DNA of 36,745 nt from Craspedostauros australis (lineage: Eukaryota): positions 1 through 36,745 of the forward strand of contig JALAGF010002412.1 of the NCBI GenBank assembly GCA_030167865.1, read 5' to 3'. Both the position numbers and the translations under genes were made by a program. The notes below the pieces were generated by a model. It did not search any database. It was not told the DNA's origin and saw only the letters and a list, made by a program, of their open reading frames with translations. Below are positions 1 through 8,056 of this stretch, piece after piece; the first letter of the stretch is position 1, and every line of letters begins with the position of its first letter.

Positions 1-1
1 T

Positions 2-787
2 CATCCCAAGCATTTGTATTGGACCTTGTACTTCTTGCGACACTACGATTGTGTTCTTGCGCTGTCGTCGAAAATGTCTGCGGATCCCAAAACGCTTAAG
101 AAGTGGATTTGGCTTCTGATGAATGAAATTCAGAAGGGATACAAAGGCGTGGTAAGTGAAGAACACCCTTCCGATTGATACATCTCATGATAACACTTAC
201 ATAACGACGACTCACATCACCTTTTCGAATACTTATGCTGTCGGTAATTTGTACAACAGATTAAATGGAGGAATCGCTTGAAGAATGACAAACAGCGAAC
301 GTGCAAAGTCACNNNNNNNNNNNNNNNNNNNNNNNNNNNNNNNNNNNNNNNNNNNNNNNNNNNNNNNNNNNNNNNNNNNNNNNNNNNNNNNNNNNNNNNN
401 NNNNNNNTGGCGATTTGCATTCAAACTGGTGACATCGTTTGGTGCCATGGTCCATTCCCTTGTGGTGAATGGCCTGACCAAAAGATCTTCAACCGTTCGC
501 TTGCGGGGAAACTTGCTCCTGGTGAAATGGTGGAAGCGGACGGAGGGTACGGTGGCCCTCTTGTACGCAAACCAAAGGACTACATTACTCACGCAGACAG
601 GGATGGCAAGAAGCAAGCAAGAGCAAGACACGAAACCATCAATCGTCTCTTCAAGAAATGGAAGATCTTGTATGAACCATTTCGCCACAACATGAAGCTT
701 CACAAGACAGTGTTCAAGGTGGTTGCCATGATCACACAACTGTCCATTGATGAGGGCTTCTTCCAGCCTTTCCAAGTCAGTTACTAG
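2..787 (+). mobile_element. PIF/Harbinger-family (DDE_Tnp_4-like) transposase gene, 5'-truncated by the window, one intron (152-259), interrupted by an N gap
   Basis: Exon 1 reads HPKHLYWTLYFLRHY...DPKTLKKWIW...GV. Donor GTAAGT at 152, acceptor CAG at 257-259. Exon 2 reads IKWRNRLKNDKQRTCKVT[gap]...IVWCHGPFPCGEWPDQKIF...EMVEADGGYGG...ARARHETINRLFKKWKIL...FRH. ADxGY and RxxxETxN match the second D and the E of Harbinger DDE enzymes; the first D would lie in the gap. Confidence 0.8.
313..407. other. Assembly gap (95 N)
   Basis: Run of n. A second 19-N gap lies at 3265-3283. Confidence 1.
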
Positions 788-1403
788 AGAGACGGCGACT
801 AAACAAGTAGAGCAGAGCAGAGCAGAGCAATTGGTTGTACACGTATGAACAATGCATCGCGCAGGAGACCCATTTTGCCTGTCGTGATTTTTGTTTGTGT
901 GGTTGCCAATTCGAATAAATCCCGTTGGGTCTTTGCTTTTAGACCTGAGGGAAATTATCTATATTACCATGGCTCCCAGGAATGAACCAAAAGTGCCTCA
1001 ACCACAGAAGCAGCGCAGTCATCATAGGCTTAGGCGCGCTGGCAGACATTTTGTCAATGCACTATTTAACTCCCCAAAACAAAGCGAATGCGGTTGTGCA
1101 GGCGACAGAACAAAGACACAAGCGACATGACGTGTTCTCTGTTTGACCAATAACGACTCATGCGACTACAATCGTTTCTTCCGAACTGGAACAATTCGGA
1201 AGGGCCGTGGAGTTGTGGTGAATTCACAACAACATGTATTAGTGCAAACGCCAATTTTCAATTCGAACCCGTCGATTGCTCCAATCTCGCTCCAGTCGAG
1301 CCACGAAGGCAACATGCAAGCGAGACAAGACCACATGGTTCATCTGCAGCCTTGGATGTTGCTATCACATACGAGAGGATGGATATCCGTAAGGAATTTT
1401 TCG

Positions 1404-1579
1404 GGACTGAGGAGTCCACTTACGGCTAAGTGGATTCCTCAGTCCACTTACCATTTTTGTTGTTTCGTAAGTGGACTCCTCAGTCCAGTTACCGTAAGTG
1501 GACTGAGGAGTCCACTTACGACCACAAAAAAGTAGTCGAATTTCGCTCATCTGAGAAAAGACCACTTCGACCACCCCAC
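1404..1579. repeat. Left subterminal region: four copies (first one truncated) of a 28-bp palindrome CGTAAGTGGACT-N4-AGTCCACTTACG, followed by the inner inverted-repeat arm
   Basis: Copies at about 1404-1424, 1426-1452, 1466-1493 and 1493-1520. The spacer is GAGG or its complement CCTC. Confidence 0.9.
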
Positions 1580-1743
1580 TGCCCTAGACGGCTGGCTAGA
1601 TAGACTATTGGTGACACAAGACCTAGACTTGTGCACAATAGATACTAGTCATGAATAATGTCACCCAAGCAATCACATTGTCAGTCTCACCTACGAGTCG
1701 TGTTAACAGTCAATCAAGACTGACGAGTCGTGAATCAAGATTC

Positions 1744-1823
1744 AAGTCGGATTAGTCAAGACTCAAACTGAAGTCAGATGAGTCAAGAATCCAACTGGAA
1801 GTCTGATTAGTCAAGACTTAATC
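1744..1823. repeat. Degenerate ~27-bp tandem repeat, about 3 copies (AAGTCnGATnAGTCAAGA core)
   Basis: aagtcggattagtcaagactcaaactg / aagtcagatgagtcaagaatccaactgg / aagtctgattagtcaagacttaatc. Confidence 0.75.
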
Positions 1824-1882
1824 GTATGTAAATATTTGCATATGAGAAGACACTTCTTCAACCATTGACCTCCAACCAAAAC

Positions 1883-1939
1883 GAGAAACCTAATAGAGAA
1901 ACCTAATAGAGAAACCTAATAGAGAAACCTAATAGAGAA
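1883..1939. repeat. 13-bp tandem repeat (GAGAAACCTAATA)x4
   Basis: Four perfect copies plus a partial GAGAA. Confidence 0.95.
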
Positions 1940-2306
1940 TGGATCGGGTTGGGAGAAGTGGAAACCGAATCATCTTGAAATACAATCGACCAAGAGGTGC
2001 AGACAGCAGAAGAGAGAGAGATAGCTCAAGTAATCATAATTTGGTCTTACATCCACAACAACAACCTCAATCGTATCAAGTACAACATCATTCGTAAAAA
2101 AAAATACAACATCAATCGTACGCCGGCATAAGGCACCCACCCTGTCACATTTTTTGGATTCTTCGTGGTGTTGCGTGTAAACTTGTGCACACAGCGATTT
2201 TGCATTGAGACGCACCTCCTCCGTTCCTTCCTTACACAAATACTCTCTCCATCCCCACAATAACAGCAATCAACACTGACTCTACTCTGCATTATATTGT
2301 CTTTCT

Positions 2307-2354
2307 CTACTGTTATGATACTGTTGTGCTACTGTTATGCTACTGTTATGCTAC
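2307..2354. repeat. 11-bp tandem repeat (CTACTGTTATG)x~4
   Basis: ctactgttatg atactgttgtg ctactgttatg ctactgttatg ctac. Confidence 0.85.
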
Positions 2355-2415
2355 AGTCATCCTTGCGAGCCTCTTATGCGTGGAATACGTTGGTGTACAT
2401 AATTCGTATAGTATA

Positions 2416-5400
2416 TCATCGTTTCCGTTTCCTTCCGTACAGACCGTGAGTTATGACCCATGTATCTCTGCTCTGGATCCTGGCTTTGGCGGCTGCCTTG
2501 TGCGCAGCTTGTATTGCTGCTTCCAGATTCAGGACAGGCACCCTTGAGCTAATTATTGTGGCCATGTTTGTTTGATGTTCCTTGGCAGTGGTGGCTTCAC
2601 CGTCGGCGTTGTCATTACTTTCGTTGCTCATCTCTCTTGCTATCTCTGTTACTGCATTTGTAGCTGTGGTGGTTGTCTCATCTGTGTTTGTGCTGATAAA
2701 AGCGTTCATTGTGGTGGCTTCTCTCATTGATGCTGGGCCTTCACCTTCTCTACCCATTCAACAGGCTCCTTGTGCACAAGTCGATGACATAAGTTGTGAA
2801 CAATGATTGCGTCCGCTCTTTTGCGATGTTTCTTATTGCCATGGTTAGGGCAATGCCACATGTCGTGAGCCACTCCTGTTTGTCAGCTTCGATGTATCAG
2901 CAAGCATACAAGTTGCATCCTGGACAGATCCAGTGTCTACACACTGAGCAGGCAACACAGGTTCCCCTCATGTCTGGACAGTACCTTGCTGCATGCTCAC
3001 CCTGCCGCAATCATTTTGTCATTTTGATCTCCTCCTTGGGATCCATCGTGGATAGGCTGGCAAGCATTCCTTTTTATTTTGATGGTCCTCGGGGCATCCC
3101 CGTGGCTGCATCTCGCCATCTTCGACGGCTGACCCGCCTGGTGGAATGATATCAGTGTTGTGGATCGCTGTCTCCATGCCTCCCTTTTGTTTCTTGCCCT
3201 TTCTTTCGTCTGCAGCCATGACTGCGAGCAACTTGCGCAACCGAGCAATGATTCATCCCATCAANNNNNNNNNNNNNNNNNNNTGATTTACTCTGCTGGG
3301 ATAATGTTCGATGGTGCCAGTGTGGCCTGCTTCAATTTCATGATCGGAGTGTGCCTCTGTTGCGTAGTGAATCAATCAATGCAGTGCCACAACCATGGTT
3401 TGTAGCTATCAACCGACTGCTATGCAATGGATTGTTGCAATGAGTGGGGACGCTTTGTGCTGCTGGATGAGCTTTGTTGTTATGTCAGACCCACAATTCA
3501 GGCAGTTCCATACAGCACAGCTCAGGGGAGGAATGTCTTCACTGGAGGTACTGGGAAAGCAAGCATGTTGTGGTGGGTTTGTCAAGTCTTCTTGTGATGG
3601 AATACACCATCCCCTGTGATGTTCCGCAGGTTCTTGCTTGCCCTGCAGAACTTGTTCGTCTTTGGGTTCAGCTTGAGAAACTCTGTATGGAGCGCCTTGG
3701 ATGATTGCTGATCTGCCTCTGGAATTTTGGGGAAGGCAAACGCCAAGAGCAAATGGGATGCATCTTCAGGAACGTTCTCAGAATGATGCAAGAGGCCAAG
3801 GGAAAACCCCGTTCCTACAATGCACAGGATGTTTCCCTTTTTGTCTCTTGTCACCCAATCGAGCGTTCATGTGAGTCAGTGGTTGTGGAAAAGGGATCCA
3901 CAGTTGTGTGAGAAGACAGATGAGGTTGGTACGGAACAAAGTGAAGCCATTCGGACATGGAGAACCTGTGTTGCATTTGCCACAAGGCGCACTTACCGAT
4001 CACAATCAGAGCTCCTCTCACACCATAGACACATATGCATGGTGAAGCACCTGGATCATTTCTTCGTCTGCCCGGAAGAGTGAGCGATATGTTTCATCTT
4101 GTGCATTCAGATATAGATGGGTGCTAGTTGGGAAATTGTGCACATGTTCCACATTTCCGATGCGACTCCCCTTTCAGTTTTGTGTTCTGAGTTGTTCTCA
4201 TCTTCATCTCTACAATGAATACCTCATTGTGTGCATCATTGGTTGGATCCCCCACAATGCTCAGGAAATCGATGGAGGCACGTACGTAGCTTTTGCTCTG
4301 TTTCCGGACGACACCAGCATGAAATGCGGCCTTGATGGTCGTGTTGATTCTACCCACATGTTCGCAGTTCATGGCTGCTCTCATCAGTAGTTCCTCGTTT
4401 GCGTGTCCCAGACGTGTGTAGGCATAGGATTTATCATGCCAGGCCTTCATGAACCATGCCTGCAAAGCTGTCTTTGCAAGCTGTTGCTGCAGTCCCAGCA
4501 ACTGGAGTGATACAGTGCCATCACTTCATTGCGTTCCCCTTGTGTATCAGTCTGGAGACTGGAGGTACTGTTCCTTGTTGCTGCTGTGGCTTAGTCTGCA
4601 TTGTTGGATGGGGATGAAAGATTGCTGTGCTCTGAGCTACCTCTGTTATCATGCGCAGTAGTGTTTTCATCTGGCGGGCACATGTCAGTGAATGCCAATG
4701 TGCCCGGAGTCTCTGCTCTACTGGAAGCACCTGCATTCGACACGGATGTGGCAGTAGTGGGTGGACCAGAGGCAGATGTGCTCAATGCTGCAGTGCCGGA
4801 AGCTGGCGTGCCTGATGTGCAAGGGGTTGGTGTGTTGAATGTGGACGATGTGGATTGTGAGGCAGGTGAGCCTGAAGTCTTGGGCGCAGATGCCGCAGCT
4901 GCGGCTTCTTCAGTGGGGTGTGTGTTGCATGCCGAAGTTTGAAGATATGGAGGATTGAGCTGGAGATGAAGGGAGAGCGAAAGTGCTGGCGACTGAAGTT
5001 GTAGATGTTCAAGTCTGCCGAGCAGACAAAGATTGTCCTTGATGGCAGTGGACGGACTTTGTGCGCCTTGATGCTGGTGTGAGTCGAGATGGCCTCGTCC
5101 ATCTAGAAGCAGATGACCTCGTGCTGTGCGTTGTAGATGTGGATGGAGGAGGAGCTGATGTGGCAGACATCAATGCGGATAATGTGAATGAAGGGGAGGC
5201 ACAACAACTGCATGTACTAGGTGCAATTGTATACCTGCCAGAGTTGCGGTTGATGCTGGCTGCAGCATCACTTGACTGCTGGGTTGCAGCAGCCTGGGCA
5301 ACACTGACTCCCTTCTCACAGGCAATGCCATGCGAATCCTGCAGTTGTTTGTCGTCTGGCTAGGAGATGGGATGGAATGGCTTGCATTGGTTGAAGCAGC

Positions 5401-6171
5401 CATCATTGCAGTCTTGTAGAGGATGTCCATGTCCTTTGAAAGCTGCTTCATGCACAGCCCTTGAAAACGGTTTGGCGGCATCATGCAGTGCTTGCGATTT
5501 GCCTTTCCATGGGTGCTCAGGGTGAGGCTGAGCTTGTTTTGCAACGTCTTGGCTGGACGCTTGTTTCCATTGCGCGAGCGCAGACAGGTGCAGACTTTCT
5601 GGTGAGCAGTCATCCTCTGACCATTGCGCAACAGAGGCTTGTAGGTTGGCCTCCAATTTCGATGAGTTGTCTTGTTCATTTGTGAGCTGCTTGTAGTGCA
5701 CCTTTGCATCAAGCAAGGCCTTTCTCACAGCAACACAAACTCTGCCGTGTTGGGATCCAGCATCTTCCATTGCAGGCCCATAGAAGCCACTCGTTCTGGT
5801 TCTGTCAGAGCTAGTTGTTCAACAGTTCCGGATGTGCCGGTTGCAGATGTGCTGGTTGTAGTTGTGTTAGTGCGAGCATCATTGGGGATGATGATGTTGG
5901 CAGCAGCAACAATGTCAGCAATCAGTATGGCTGCTGGTGCATCATTGACCACATGAGCATTGCCAACAGGGTAGACTCCAGTATCGACGTTGTTGGCGTC
6001 AACATTGCTTTCGTTGTGGACCCCAAGGATGTCATCATTGTTGCCACTGTCAAGATCGATTGGGGTATCAATAACCCAGTCTTCATATGAACTGTCGGTG
6101 TCATTGTCGCTGTGGTTGGTGGCGTCTGCTATGTGCTCGATGAGGGATGCGATGTCAGGCAAAGTACTCAC
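2416..6171 (-). pseudogene. Relic transposon protein: acidic N-terminus, S/T/A/P-rich linker, YqaJ-like PD-(D/E)XK nuclease, piggyBac-like WNxxxxGSD motif, Cys-rich domain, basic tail
   Basis: Fragments across frameshifts: AWFMK...TRLGHANE...GVVRKQSKSYVRASIDF...IVEMKMR (about 4200-4465); QVLHHAYV/YGVRGALIVIG-[intron, GTAAGT at 3996]-DKKGNIL; AVWNCLNCGSDITTKLI (about 3465-3515); RGTCVACSVCRHWICPGCNLYAC (about 2900-2968) and CHRLVH; ends GRKRKR-stop. Multiple stops and frameshifts. Confidence 0.65.
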
Positions 6172-6434
6172 GATGAAACAAGCTTCTTGAAGCTGGTGGG
6201 AACCTAAACAGTGTTATATTAGAGGAACATTTGATGATGAGAGACGTTAATGGTACTGAAGGGGGCGACAATTACGATAAAAAGCTTGTGGTTACACACA
6301 AAGTTGTTGTGTTACCGTCTACAAGTCTATTGAAGTCGAAGGATGCGGTTGACGACACGTAAATCAACGCGACAAAATACGAAGCCAGCATCACAACCAG
6401 AACGCAACCGAGAGAAACAGGGAATTTGGAGAAG

Positions 6435-6551
6435 GTGGAGTGGTCAAAGTAGTCTTTTCTCAGATGAGCGAAATTCGACTACTTTTTTTGTGGTCGTAAG
6501 TGGACTGGTGAGTCCACTTACGAAAACGCCCACACAAAAAATTCCTTACGG
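6435..6551. repeat. Right subterminal inverted repeat, one palindrome copy (6495-6522) and TIR
   Basis: Reverse complement of 6435-6522 matches 1493-1579 with few mismatches (GACCACAAAAAA(A)GTAGTCGAATTTCGCTCATCTGAGAAAAGAC). Confidence 0.9.
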
Positions 6552-7049
6552 ATATAATCGAACAGAAAAAGATTGGTGACAACCTTATCAGATCAAAAGT
6601 CTATATTCACCTTAGTCTATGTCTAGTCTTGTTCTCCGTAGATTGTGTCAGGTCACGCATGAGACTTTTGGTCATGAACCGTTTTCTCTTTCTCTGTTGA
6701 CCTCATATCCCGCAACTCCCAACGGCGCTCAGATACCTGTCTTGGTATCTGAAGGTGGTAATGAGTTGAAGGATGGATGTCAGGCCCTGCCTGTCATCCT
6801 CCTTATGTGCACCTGAACATCTATGTCTGCATCCCTGCGAATCCACCTTCACAGGGCATGTCTACTGTCTTGTTGAGTGAATGTATCTGAGCATCTTGGC
6901 TCAGATACAAGCTCATCAATCCCATCAAATTTGGCAAGATCGCATTTCTGCAATGATCGGATTTGCTGTATGCATCATTGTTGTTCCAAGAAGCAAGAAA
7001 GGTCTTGGAGGTGCCATGAACCTCCTCAGTCTTGCAAACTTGACAACAC

Positions 7050-7118
7050 CTTCATGCTCTCCACTTCATGCTCTCCACTTCATGCACTGTAATTCATGCA
7101 CTGCACTTCATGCTCTGC
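7050..7118. repeat. 14-bp degenerate tandem repeat (CTTCATGCTCTCCA)x~5
   Basis: cttcatgctctcca cttcatgctctcca cttcatgcactgta attcatgcactgca cttcatgctctgc. Confidence 0.85.
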
Positions 7119-8056
7119 TGTGTGTTGCAACACATGTTGCCTCAGCATCATTTTTCATCATTTCATCTCCATCTGCTCACAATTCAGACTCCAACAGTTC
7201 TGAATTGGGCCAGCTAACATCATCTAAACATCAATTAACCACTCAGAGCACACTGACAATTCCTACTAGCTTCACTCTACTTCATTTGACGGACCTGATC
7301 ACTCCCAATCTCGAGGTAAGTACCCATTTTTGTCTGTGTTCTATCAAACCTCATCTGTGTGCATGAAGACAACAGGGAGGTGACGTTCATTGTGATTGTT
7401 TGTGTACGTATGCCGTCGTGGACAACCACCAAGTTCTCCCAACTCCACAAACTGAAGTTGTTTGCGGCAGGTGCGTACGACTACTACTACGTGAGGTTGA
7501 ACGAACCGCGGATGCCAGACGGATGAGCACTCACCAAACGTGCCAACAATTCTTGACACCACACAAATGACGAATCTTCGACTTCGTACATGATCCATCA
7601 AACAACATCAACACATCCGGAGAGAAAGTGAGAAAGAAAGAGAGATGAAATGGTATGAATGTGTTTATATTGATGGAGATATCAGCCAGTACTGGAAATT
7701 GTCCGTCACGCGACAAAGAAACGCAGCAATGACGTGATCAAGCAAGCAGCGGCTGCGCAAATTATGGCACGCCAACCAGAATCAACGAAGGCGACCATGG
7801 CAAAAGACGACGATGATGCCGATGATGATGGTGAATGGCGAGCAGTGACGAACAGCGATCCCAAATGTGTCGCATCGCTCAGCGACATCAGAAAGGAAGA
7901 TATCAAACCAACTGCTCCGGAGTAGAGAAGATCTTGGTATATGGGCAATCGTAGCGCCAACAACAGAACCAACAGCCATGGCAAGAATGTCATGGCCGTA
8001 GAGTGATCTGGGTTCAAGTCATCAGTGGCAGTGCCGTCTGCCTCAATCACTTCAGA

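Larger units (their letters stand above)
1387..6551 (-). mobile_element. Decayed TIR DNA transposon, piggyBac-related, flanked by an ATAT duplication
   Basis: Perfect 15-bp TIR CCGTAAGGAATTTTT (1387-1401) / AAAAATTCCTTACGG (6537-6551). ATAT at 1383-1386 and 6552-6555. An ~87-bp internal inverted repeat (1493-1579 vs 6435-6522). Relic gene on the minus strand. Confidence 0.85.

Noticed and set aside
860-1075. Right TIR of the Harbinger element
   Set aside because: Candidate ends (AGACC|TGA near 945; ACTCCCC near 1075) cannot be tested because the left end is outside the window.
1883-1939. Interstitial telomeric repeat
   Set aside because: The unit is 13 bp (GAGAAACCTAATA), not a TTAGGG-type hexamer.
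1404-1940. Palindromic and tandem repeats as a CRISPR array
   Set aside because: No unique spacers of regular length and no cas genes; eukaryotic context. The palindromes are explained as transposon subterminal repeats.
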